The notes below the pieces were generated by a model. The model was not told the origin of the DNA and did no database searches. It saw nothing but the letters and a program-made list of their open reading frames with translations. The position numbers and the translations under genes are program-made. A DNA stretch of 26,741 bases from a virus (lineage: Duplodnaviria > Caudoviricetes): positions 1 through 26,741 of IMG/VR virus record IMGVR_UViG_3300025141_000614; one strand, written 5' to 3'. This document shows positions 16,684-24,721 of the stretch, piece by piece (positions within the stretch are counted from its first letter, which is position 1; the number at the start of each line of letters is the position of its first letter).

Positions 16684-17241
16684 ATGGATTCATTTATTCG
16701 GGCTTACACGGATGTACTCGGCAAAGACGTATTAGATAAAATAATAAAAAGATTCGATGAGATAGAACAAGAAAGTTCTCACTCGGGGGAACCACAGTTC
16801 GGAACTAAGTTGGGAAGGAAGGACTCTTCTATTATGTTAGAAGACCATTGTTCCCCGCTATCAGGGGAAATACACCGAGCCATACAGCCCTACCTACAGA
16901 CCTACTTATCGGAGTTTGCGGGAGGAAGTGAATTACCCGTAGTCGGGTACAACGTAAAGATGCAGAAAACAGAACCAGGTGGGGGCTATCACGTTTGGCA
17001 TTGTGAGCAAAGTGGGAGAAGTGATGGGGTTGCTAGAGCACTCGTCTGGACGTTATATATGAACGACATAGAAGAGGGCGGGGAAACAGAGTTTCTTAAT
17101 CAAATGGAACGAGTCCCCCCAGAAGCAGGGAAGTTAGTTATCTTCCCCGCCGCTTGGCCTTGGCAACACAGAGGGAACCCGCCCCTAAAAGGAACGAAGT
17201 ATATCTGTACAGGGTGGTGGTTCTTTCGAGACACTAATTAA
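16684..17241 (+). CDS. 2OG-Fe(II) oxygenase
   Basis: GGGYHVWHCE (HxE), YMND-EEGGETEF, G-LVIFPA, HRGNPP and KYICTGW motifs. Confidence 0.9.
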   Translation: MDSFIRAYTDVLGKDVLDKIIKRFDEIEQESSHSGEPQFGTKLGRKDSSIMLEDHCSPLSGEIHRAIQPYLQTYLSEFAGGSELPVVGYNVKMQKTEPGGGYHVWHCEQSGRSDGVARALVWTLYMNDIEEGGETEFLNQMERVPPEAGKLVIFPAAWPWQHRGNPPLKGTKYICTGWWFFRDTN

Positions 17242-17313
17242 CTACTCCCCAAGTAACCACAGTATGTAGCACATACTTCCCCAAAAAAGTATATCAACTG
17301 GATCAAACAACAT
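17242..17313 (-). CDS. Putative 23-aa hydrophobic membrane peptide
   Basis: GAGAGGG SD 9 nt before ATG; MLFDPVDILFWGSMCYILWLLGE-stop; the stop abuts the oxygenase stop exactly. Confidence 0.45.
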   Translation of the reverse strand: MLFDPVDILFWGSMCYILWLLGE

Positions 17314-17330
17314 AAGATTAGTCCCTCTCT

Positions 17331-17358
17331 GGCCCCCTTAATCGGGGGTCTTTTTTTT
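17331..17358 (+). terminator. Intrinsic terminator of the structural arm
   Basis: GGCCCCC-ttaatc-GGGGGTC stem (one G-U) followed by T8. Confidence 0.88.
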
Positions 17359-17508
17359 CTAATTGCCTTGTTTTAAAACTTCTGCAAAAGAAGAAGACGA
17401 CTTCTCTTTTAGTTCTAGATTTTCTTTTGTTAGTCTAGCATTCTCCTTTCTTAGTAAGTTAATCTGCTTTATTAATTCATCTAGAATATGATTACCTGCA
17501 CTTTCCAT
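17359..17508 (-). CDS. Small coiled-coil protein
   Basis: Likely ATG 17508 after GAGGA (the track starts at GTG 17559); heptads INLLRKENARLTKENLELK. Confidence 0.55.
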   Translation of the reverse strand: MESAGNHILDELIKQINLLRKENARLTKENLELKEKSSSSFAEVLKQGN

Positions 17509-17600
17509 CTTGTCTTCCTCATAGTATTTGTCGGGAAACTCCCTACGCCAATCCCCCACCCTAAGATATATTGTTTCTTACCCAAGCGCGGATCTCCTCT

Positions 17601-19256
17601 TCAGACTCCGCAGACTCCTCCTCCACAGGGGTCATTTTCTTCGTAGACAACGCCCTTATGTTTAATAGCTTCTTCATAGTTGACAGACGTAATTGGCTGC
17701 CCTCCTCTACTACCGTCAGGATAGCAGGTAAATCCTCGGAGTCTTGGGGCGTATTTCGCAAGGATTCTAGCAAACCTTTGAACATCTCTTTCTTCGGTGT
17801 CTTTTGCGTTTGGTAGATTGATTGTGGACGAAATACTGTGGTCAACGTAGTCCTGTATGTCGGCTTGAAATTTGATTCTAGATTCTGGTTTACTAGATAA
17901 AGAATGAGCCGACTCAATGCTGGAAGGGTTGACTCCAAGTTTGTCGATGAGGGTTTGGGCAGTACCGTCAACACAGAACTCATACTTCCATCTAGTTCCT
18001 TCTGTGAGATATCTTCTTTTGTAAGCGACTGCAAATACTGGTTCAATACCTGTCGTAGTTCCTGCGAGGATACCAATAGTCCCAGTAGGCGCGATTGCTC
18101 TGTATGCGATAGGCTTTGAAAGATACAGTCTGTCACAATGTTCATCAGCAGATTTTTTTGACTCATGTTTATATACCCTCAACCATCTGTGTAATTCTGG
18201 TGTAACCTCGTACTTTCCGCCACGCTTTAACAGCCACTCGTGTATACCCATAAGACCAAGGCCGAGCCGTCTATTCTTTTCCCTCACTTCCTTTACTTTC
18301 TCGTAAGGTAAGTCTGCGCGGTATGTACCACAAACAAGAAACTTACTAGCTAGTCGCACTACGTCCTTAAACTCATCTATACTCTCTATATTCCCTAAGT
18401 TCACACTCCCCAAGTTACAAACATCCGAATCATCTGCGCTAGTTACTTCAGTGCAAGCATTTCTTAGTGTTTCGTTAGACTTATCCCCGAAGTTAAAACT
18501 GAATCCAGGTTCTCCCGTAGTGAGTGCTTGCCTACAGTTGGTGAGAAAAACCTCATCTTTCCACTTATCGTCTCCCAACTTTAACCACTCGTCTGAATAG
18601 TTTACGGAGATATTAGTCTGGTCTAGTGGTGCAGGGAAGTTAAAATTATTCTCCTTGGCTTGGGATAAAGTAACACCTTCTGTAACTAACATCTCGTGCC
18701 AATTCTTAGCGTGTAGAAAACCGTCTACATCCTCATGCTCTCTGTCAAGGGAAGCGTAGATAGCGGATCTTCGGCTCCCTCCTTGCATAACATTCCTACC
18801 GATCTCGTTAATCATGTACATAAGGGGTAGTGGCCCACTAGAAACGCCTCCTGTGCGCGATAAGGAGCGTCCTGCGGGGCGTAAGCGAGAGTAGTCTACT
18901 CCTATCCCTCCTCCCAACATTAAACACGAGTTAGCTCTCCATATGAGGTTTGACCACTCCTCCCTCGTGTCTTCTTCTGCTCTTAACAAGAAGCAGTTGT
19001 TCCAAGCGTGTAGTTTTCTACCTGCATAGTACAGATACCTGCCACCTGGAATGAACTTCATAGTGCTCACGTACTCGATAAGTTGTTCCCGCTCATCCTC
19101 GTGCATTATCGGGTGTTGTCCTGTTCTCATGGTTCCGCATACATCCTCTACACAACGGATTGCGAGGTTTTTCCAAGTGTCCTCTGGCCCTTGTGCGTAC
19201 TTGGTGCGGAATACATTTTCTCCAAGAGAGGTTCTAAATTGTTGTTGCGTCTGCAT
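17601..19256 (-). CDS. nrdJ: Class II (adenosylcobalamin-dependent) ribonucleotide reductase
   Basis: NNCF, GGGIG, QGGSRRSA, GEPG, NACTE (radical Cys), CNLGSVNL, APTGT, SISSTINLP and C-terminal CGGGVC. It lacks the class I YY dyad (GFTCYP) and has no adjacent beta-subunit gene. Confidence 0.88.
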   Translation of the reverse strand: MQTQQQFRTSLGENVFRTKYAQGPEDTWKNLAIRCVEDVCGTMRTGQHPIMHEDEREQLIEYVSTMKFIPGGRYLYYAGRKLHAWNNCFLLRAEEDTREEWSNLIWRANSCLMLGGGIGVDYSRLRPAGRSLSRTGGVSSGPLPLMYMINEIGRNVMQGGSRRSAIYASLDREHEDVDGFLHAKNWHEMLVTEGVTLSQAKENNFNFPAPLDQTNISVNYSDEWLKLGDDKWKDEVFLTNCRQALTTGEPGFSFNFGDKSNETLRNACTEVTSADDSDVCNLGSVNLGNIESIDEFKDVVRLASKFLVCGTYRADLPYEKVKEVREKNRRLGLGLMGIHEWLLKRGGKYEVTPELHRWLRVYKHESKKSADEHCDRLYLSKPIAYRAIAPTGTIGILAGTTTGIEPVFAVAYKRRYLTEGTRWKYEFCVDGTAQTLIDKLGVNPSSIESAHSLSSKPESRIKFQADIQDYVDHSISSTINLPNAKDTEERDVQRFARILAKYAPRLRGFTCYPDGSRGGQPITSVNYEEAIKHKGVVYEENDPCGGGVCGV

Positions 19257-19507
19257 TACTTTATTCCTTTATATATGTCTGACAAAGTATTGTAAATTAT
19301 CTGTACACCTTCTTTGGTTATTTCTGCGGAGCCTCTAGTCGATATTTGATTAGCCGCTACCAACATCATAGTACTCAAAAATAAAACGTCTTTTGTATTT
19401 GTTTCGGTTGTACTTCTTTTCTTCTGGGATGAACTTTTTGGAGAGCCAAGTTTCTTTGGGGGCTGTCGAGTCCCACCGCCTTTTGTCTCGTTTTTTCTTA
19501 CAGTCAC
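19256..19507 (-). CDS. Hypothetical protein
   Basis: AAGGAG SD, GTGA overlap upstream and TAATG overlap with the nrdJ start. Confidence 0.5.
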   Translation of the reverse strand: MTVRKNETKGGGTRQPPKKLGSPKSSSQKKRSTTETNTKDVLFLSTMMLVAANQISTRGSAEITKEGVQIIYNTLSDIYKGIK

Positions 19508-19701
19508 GCTTCTTCTCCTTGTTCATTATCTTCATAATAATTTTCCTCACCACACAGATCGAACTTATACCTACACTTCTCTACTTTCTCTGGAAATGCA
19601 AATAACAATTCCTCTGTGCTTATATCTAATAGCTCCAGAACTACATCGGGATCATACCGTTCGGCTATCTTATCATATAATTCTGTTAGCGTTAATGTCA
19701 C
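19504..19701 (-). CDS. Conserved small acidic phage protein
   Basis: LTEL--KI--RYDPD-VLELLDISTEELL-AF pattern; coupled at both ends. Confidence 0.65.
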   Translation of the reverse strand: MTLTLTELYDKIAERYDPDVVLELLDISTEELLFAFPEKVEKCRYKFDLCGEENYYEDNEQGEEA

Positions 19702-20462
19702 TTTGAAGATTCCCGAATAAGATAATCCATACTGACCTCCATAAGATCGTAGTCCCCGTCATGTACTTCATGCTTCATTAGAATCCCAGACCAACTTTGA
19801 TCGTTCTTTTGTGGGCCGAGATATTCATGGTAGTCTGGGTAGAATCTCCCACAAACTAGGCCACGCCTTCTCTTCGAGGTGCAAGTATAGATCTCCCCCG
19901 TCTGCTTCTTTTGTTGGTGTCCCATCGTGAAACTGTGTCCCAGATTCTTTAGTTTACTTTCTATAGTGCCTCCTATTGGGTTTGAAAAAAGACTTGTCGG
20001 GTTCACAAAGTAATGACTGTAGCATATCCCATCTATCTCTGCTATCTCTAAGAATGGGTGGGTTATGACTCCTAGAGATTCTAACGGCTTTAGAATAAGG
20101 TCTGTAATGTTGAGGAGGCTGTTTAATCTTCGCATTGTAGCACTCACAGAGGCTCTCTCTATTCTTGTCTCGTGATTGCCTACGCAAAAGTGTATCTCTG
20201 GGTCATAGCGAGAGGCGCGGAGTCCTTTCAGGAATTTCTTCATCGCTTCCCACCCACACTTCAGGTCTGCTTGTACGTTCTTTGTCTCCCACCCCTTGTC
20301 TCCAGGTTTATCATAGCTAGATAGAGAGGGCATATCCCACCAATCCCCTATAATAATTATCTTGTCTGGTTTATGTCTCCTCAAATACTTGGCCGCCAGA
20401 TCAATGTGCGTAGTTTCGCTATCTGGAAATATCTGGGTATCGGGTATCATCGCGTGTTTCAT
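19698..20462 (-). CDS. Calcineurin-like metallophosphoesterase
   Basis: ATG 20462 after GAGGAG; PDTQ, GDWWD, GNHE, SHYF and GHQQ motifs. Confidence 0.85.
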   Translation of the reverse strand: MKHAMIPDTQIFPDSETTHIDLAAKYLRRHKPDKIIIIGDWWDMPSLSSYDKPGDKGWETKNVQADLKCGWEAMKKFLKGLRASRYDPEIHFCVGNHETRIERASVSATMRRLNSLLNITDLILKPLESLGVITHPFLEIAEIDGICYSHYFVNPTSLFSNPIGGTIESKLKNLGHSFTMGHQQKKQTGEIYTCTSKRRRGLVCGRFYPDYHEYLGPQKNDQSWSGILMKHEVHDGDYDLMEVSMDYLIRESSK

Positions 20463-20851
20463 AAAATCTCCTCGGAGTGATTCCACTCCCAACGTCTGGG
20501 AGTTTCGTAAATCCAACCTGTGCAAATATAATCATCTTCGACTTCATACCACTTGTAGGTAAGCTCCCAGATTATCATGTCATAGTTGACGAGGTTTTTT
20601 AAGTCCTCCATAGTTTTTATGAGGGATCTGGCTTTAGCTCTCCTGACAACCCGTGGATTTTTCTTCCAACAGTCTTCGGGACGAATAACTTTGTCTTTAA
20701 AGTAAAGAGAGTCGAAGGACTCTTTATATAGCCAAGCGGTGTTTACTATGTATTGGGCTATTGCGTCCTCGGTTTTAAATAACCCTACATCTTCTTCTGG
20801 AGCATCTGGCCCGAAATCACACTCATTTTTTCCCGTTAATAGATACTTCAT
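20459..20851 (-). CDS. Hypothetical protein
   Basis: ATG 20851 in a TAATG overlap with the endonuclease stop; ATGA overlap downstream. Confidence 0.6.
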   Translation of the reverse strand: MKYLLTGKNECDFGPDAPEEDVGLFKTEDAIAQYIVNTAWLYKESFDSLYFKDKVIRPEDCWKKNPRVVRRAKARSLIKTMEDLKNLVNYDMIIWELTYKWYEVEDDYICTGWIYETPRRWEWNHSEEIL

Positions 20852-21405
20852 TATAACCACTCTTTCGGTATTACTTTCCCACAAGCACTTACGATGCCGT
20901 GTTCAATGCACCAATCCATGTACTTTTTCTTTTTGTTAGAAGTTATCCAGTTATTTTGCATGAACAACATCCTAAAATTATCTCTATTCAATTCGTTATC
21001 GCTCTCCAACACAGATAAAATCTTTGTTCTCCCCTTAGAATCCCACTTACCTTTCGCTTCGATCCACAAACCAGAAGCAACCAGAAAGAAGTCTGGGGTG
21101 TATGTCGCTTTTCTCCCTGCGTTATTGCTCCCACACTCGTTGCAGTACGCATTAGCAATCGGAAATAAGTACGGTATCTTTTTTAACTCGTAGTTAAATT
21201 CAATTCCACTGTTTTCTAAGTGGTCGGCTATGTTGTACTCAAACTTCGACCGATACGGGGCGATACTAATCTTCGATTTTGTGTGGGCACGAGTCCGGCA
21301 CTTTGCGCCATATCCATAAGAGATCTGCGTTTTCGTTGTACTTTTTTTCCCACTCCTCGAAGTCTTTTTGGTAGTATTTGAGGACAAGTTCTTTCGCTTC
21401 TTCAT
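20851..21405 (-). CDS. Endonuclease I-like (T7 gp3-type) resolvase; start uncertain
   Basis: YRSKFE, YE, YTPDF and IEAKG PD-(D/E)xK motifs, plus a CxxC insertion. Confidence 0.8.
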   Translation of the reverse strand: MKKRKNLSSNTTKKTSRSGKKSTTKTQISYGYGAKCRTRAHTKSKISIAPYRSKFEYNIADHLENSGIEFNYELKKIPYLFPIANAYCNECGSNNAGRKATYTPDFFLVASGLWIEAKGKWDSKGRTKILSVLESDNELNRDNFRMLFMQNNWITSNKKKKYMDWCIEHGIVSACGKVIPKEWL

Positions 21406-22111
21406 TTGTTGTACCTACAGGTAATGTGTTTCTGGCCTTGACTTCCCCGATACCCTTTATTCCTTGGATATTATCCACTCTGTCTCCTTCTAGCATTTGT
21501 CTCCAAAAAACAACACTCGCCAACTCCTCGCTTATCTCCTCAATTTGACCCGACATAAAATTATAATGATACCCCGCTATTTGTTTCAGGTCTTTGTCTA
21601 TCGAAGCTATAATGGGAACCCTACCCAGACCCTTTGCATCAGAACTAGCTTGCCCAAAAAAATCATCTGCCTCGCATCCTTGGGAGAGATACCCACTGTG
21701 TTTTCTTACCAGATAATCTTTAATCTCGTCCAGATAGGTAGGTCGGTGTAGTTTATCTCTGTTCGCTTTATACTCCGAAGAAACTTTGTTCCTGAAGTTG
21801 TCTACTTCCGTATTGCCTGTCATAAACGTGACGTACATAATGTCTTCGGTATCAAACTCCTCTGACACCTTATCTATTGCGGTTTGTATAAGGCTTTTGC
21901 AGTTGTACAAAGCGTTATCTAGGGGTTCCAACTCTCTCTCGTAGGTTAAATAGTCTTGCGGGATTACTGCTAACGCCTCCTTCTTATAAGAAAAAGAACT
22001 CCCCCCGTCCTTGGGAGGAGTCCTCATGTCGTAGTACACCTTCTTCTCGGCAGCAAATCCGGCCCTATACGCCACTATATCACCATCGATCAATAAGGTA
22101 TACTTCGACAT
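21266..22111 (-). CDS. 5'-3' exonuclease (T7 gp6/FEN-like)
   Basis: LLIDGDIVAY, NFR, YKANR, EADD, SIDKDLKQI-G and GDRVDNI-GIKGIG motifs. Confidence 0.92.
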   Translation of the reverse strand: MSKYTLLIDGDIVAYRAGFAAEKKVYYDMRTPPKDGGSSFSYKKEALAVIPQDYLTYERELEPLDNALYNCKSLIQTAIDKVSEEFDTEDIMYVTFMTGNTEVDNFRNKVSSEYKANRDKLHRPTYLDEIKDYLVRKHSGYLSQGCEADDFFGQASSDAKGLGRVPIIASIDKDLKQIAGYHYNFMSGQIEEISEELASVVFWRQMLEGDRVDNIQGIKGIGEVKARNTLPVGTTNEEAKELVLKYYQKDFEEWEKKYNENADLLWIWRKVPDSCPHKIED

Positions 22112-22650
22112 TATGCCACCTTCACTCCATTGAAGGCTTCAGCGGCAGCTTCCCATGCGGGGTCTTCCGAATCATCTTCTTTACTAACTGGTTCGGAAGG
22201 GGGAAGGTCTTCTCCAGAGTAGGAACTCGTCCAACCAACAAAAGCCTTTGCGGATTCCAAAATATCGTCCTCGCCAGGCATTTGCCCATCATGCCTCGCT
22301 AAGATCGCGTGGAACGCAACACTAGCTGTTAAAGCATTTTGGTTTAGGATAAGTCTTTCTCTCTGTAGAGTCGGCTCCCCTCTTTTACGAGGCGTACCAA
22401 CCTGCGGGGCTTGTTGTGGCCCAAGAGTTGACCCTGTTGCCACTTTTAAATCCCCCTTGAGGTTGTAGAAGGTTCTGCCATTAGATTCCTTAGTGGCATA
22501 GCTAAAAGAAACCTCGTCACCAGACAGACAATCCTGTAATTGAGACGCATTGAAGGCAGAGTACCAAGTTTCCGAATCTGTGGTGAGGGTGAACGCCTTA
22601 CCATTCTTCGCAAGTTTGTCTACTACGCCACTAACTACTTGTGCTACCAT
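22111..22650 (-). CDS. Putative single-stranded DNA-binding protein
   Basis: OB-fold-like N-terminus (GDEVSFSY...NGRTFYNL), acidic C-terminus, located between polymerase and exonuclease; AGGAG SD. Confidence 0.55.
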   Translation of the reverse strand: MVAQVVSGVVDKLAKNGKAFTLTTDSETWYSAFNASQLQDCLSGDEVSFSYATKESNGRTFYNLKGDLKVATGSTLGPQQAPQVGTPRKRGEPTLQRERLILNQNALTASVAFHAILARHDGQMPGEDDILESAKAFVGWTSSYSGEDLPPSEPVSKEDDSEDPAWEAAAEAFNGVKVA

Positions 22651-22727
22651 AATTTACTCCTAAGTTATTGATAATTCGCACTTTTACTGTCGTGCGGTAA
22701 GTATCCTAACACAACTAAAAAAATACT

Positions 22728-23546
22728 TCAACTGTTTCTTTTCACCTCCTCTAATGTTTTTCCAAAACTATAATCTACTGGGAACGGTATTGGACTAGTG
22801 ATAGAAAACGCCGTCTGTAATTCTTCCGGCACACTTTCCAGAGTTTCTTTGGTTAGTGCCACTACCTCCTCTAAATTATCTTCCATCTCCAACAATACCG
22901 AGTCGTGTACCGTGTTTAAAACCTTAGTCGGATATTTCTCCAAAGCTCGTTGTAACTTCACCAACATAAACATCATTATGTCTGATGCTCCCCCCTGTAT
23001 TGCGTAGTTCTTAACTTTAGTTGGGGATATTGTGTAGTGGTTTTTCCATTCTGGTTTCTCTCCGAGCAGTCTGAAGTATCCAAGCGGTTGTTTTGTTTCG
23101 GGGCATTGCCATATAGTGGGTAGAAAATAACTAGGTATACTCTCCCCCTCTTTATTCTTGTCTCCTCGGTGGTCTAACGTCTTCGTTGCTTTTGATAACA
23201 TTCCGTCCTGCCATTCTCCGACTTCGGGATACCGTTCGTAGTACGAATTGATAAAAGTTTCTGCTAAATTTATATCCACGTTCCAAAACTTAGCGATACC
23301 CTTCGCTCCCGCGCCGTATTGCAACTGAAAAGAAAAACCTTTAGCAATTCTACGTTCTTTTTGTGTAATCTCTTTCTCTGGTTTTTGGAAAATCTCCGCC
23401 GCAAAGACTGTGTGCATATCTCTTCCGTCGTTTATGTCTTGGATGAGTTGTTTACACTTTGTCGCTAGGGCCAGCACCCTAATTTCTAGTTGGGCGTAAT
23501 CAAACTCTGCGAATGTTTTATCGGTGGCGAAGTGTGTCAATATCAT
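22728..23546 (-). CDS. polA: DNA polymerase A, C-terminal part (motifs A, B, C)
   Basis: DYAQLEIR (A), RRIAKGFSFQLQYG (B), NYAIQG, TVHDS (C). Confidence 0.92.
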   Translation of the reverse strand: MILTHFATDKTFAEFDYAQLEIRVLALATKCKQLIQDINDGRDMHTVFAAEIFQKPEKEITQKERRIAKGFSFQLQYGAGAKGIAKFWNVDINLAETFINSYYERYPEVGEWQDGMLSKATKTLDHRGDKNKEGESIPSYFLPTIWQCPETKQPLGYFRLLGEKPEWKNHYTISPTKVKNYAIQGGASDIMMFMLVKLQRALEKYPTKVLNTVHDSVLLEMEDNLEEVVALTKETLESVPEELQTAFSITSPIPFPVDYSFGKTLEEVKRNS

Positions 23547-24721
23547 TGTGCTGTACCTTTTCCAGAAATGTTTTGCATATTGGGCTTAGATGAAGATAGC
23601 CTCCCTGTTTGGGTAATACAGTGGTTGTAGTTTGGGTGTATCCTACCGTCAATAGAATACTCTATGTATGGTTTATAATAGGTCGATATGGTTTTTTCTA
23701 AATTCCTTATCTTCAGTACGTCTTTGGAAAACTCCCGCACCTCCTTACTGGTTTTGTCCAACTCAATTAATCTTTTCAGTGCGGTATCATCTGTGTTTGT
23801 CTCCCAGCCTTTTAAAGAAAATTCCCGCTTTATTTTAGCGGAGCATAACCCGTCCAACACATACACCTTTGTTTCTTTTTTTGTTTTTATTTCTCCCACC
23901 CTATCTCCTGTCTTATATCGTATTGGTTCCCCTTGTTCGTTTATTACTTGCGTGTCTACACTATACTTTTTCTCTCCGCCCCATAAGAATAACTTGATCT
24001 GTGAGGGGGACGATAGATTAAATTCTCCAAGAGGGGTAGGCCAGTGCCTTGCGTATCTCTCGGTGGCCTCCGATACTCTGTGTTCTTTCTCTAATATGAT
24101 CTCCTCTATTTCTTTTCTAGCTCCCCCAACCTGGAAAGGTAGCCCATTGAACGCCATCTGAGTTGTTACTAGCACCCCTTGCATTAGCTTCTGTATGTAC
24201 GCCGAGCGATTAGTGTCCTCCGGTATAGCGTTTAGTTGGTGCAGATACACCGCAGCCGTTGTCCTAACGTCTTCTTCGAGGTACTCTGTCAACAGTCTCC
24301 GACAGATTTTATCTGAGCCAATCCCCACTCGGAATCGTTCCTTAATTTCTTCGTCCTTCTTAAACGGAACCTCCATTCTCTCCGCAGTCTTCTCTAGAGA
24401 GGGGGTTCTCGCACCGCGTCCACAAAGCAGATAGTCAAACTTCTGTGTATCCCATACCTCAACTTGTGGTGAGATTTCAAAGTGTCGCATTAAATAGGAC
24501 AGATCAAACGCGATGTTATGTCCAACCAAACGAGTTCCCGCACCTATTCGATCCTTCAATTCTAAGGGGTCTTCGGTTATTTTAATCTCCCCGAAGTCTT
24601 CTAAGTATCCCAACAGTACAATATCGTTATCGCGGTGGTGTGGGGTCGCCCCAAAATGAGGAGAGGGTGCGTTAATTGTAGTCTCTATATCGAAGACTAT
24701 TATATTAGATTTTGTTTGCAT
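23543..24721 (-). CDS. polA: DNA polymerase A, N-terminal part (3'-5' exonuclease, thumb, motif 2)
   Basis: FDIET (ExoI), GHNIAFD (ExoII), YLEED (ExoIII), ending TGRLSSSKPNMQNI. Confidence 0.92.
   Translation of the reverse strand: MQTKSNIIVFDIETTINAPSPHFGATPHHRDNDIVLLGYLEDFGEIKITEDPLELKDRIGAGTRLVGHNIAFDLSYLMRHFEISPQVEVWDTQKFDYLLCGRGARTPSLEKTAERMEVPFKKDEEIKERFRVGIGSDKICRRLLTEYLEEDVRTTAAVYLHQLNAIPEDTNRSAYIQKLMQGVLVTTQMAFNGLPFQVGGARKEIEEIILEKEHRVSEATERYARHWPTPLGEFNLSSPSQIKLFLWGGEKKYSVDTQVINEQGEPIRYKTGDRVGEIKTKKETKVYVLDGLCSAKIKREFSLKGWETNTDDTALKRLIELDKTSKEVREFSKDVLKIRNLEKTISTYYKPYIEYSIDGRIHPNYNHCITQTGRLSSSKPNMQNISGKGTAQ

Noticed and set aside
17331-17358. Bidirectional terminator, as expected for two-arm podoviruses
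   Set aside because: On the minus strand the hairpin is followed by AGAGAGGG, not a U-tract, so only + strand termination is supported.
17561-18166. 201-aa same-strand alternative-frame ORF inside nrdJ
   Set aside because: Ser/Leu/Thr/Lys-rich composition typical of a +1 shadow frame, no motifs, and it overlaps conserved RNR sequence. Only its last ~24 codons could plausibly be a real mini-gene.
23543-23575. Programmed -1 frameshift or intron joining the two polA parts
   Set aside because: No X XXY YYZ heptamer in frame and no intervening sequence. SD plus ATGA fits reinitiation better, though the -1 frame is locally open so frameshifting is not fully excluded.
23800-24010. DnaJ-like zinc-finger insertion of HMO-2011-type polymerases
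   Set aside because: A thumb insertion is present (GGEKKY...RYKTG...) but has no CxxCxGxG repeats.
23688-24434. Antisense ORFs (157 aa and 79 aa) opposite polA
   Set aside because: Opposite a well-supported gene, no SD or motifs; expected antisense shadows.
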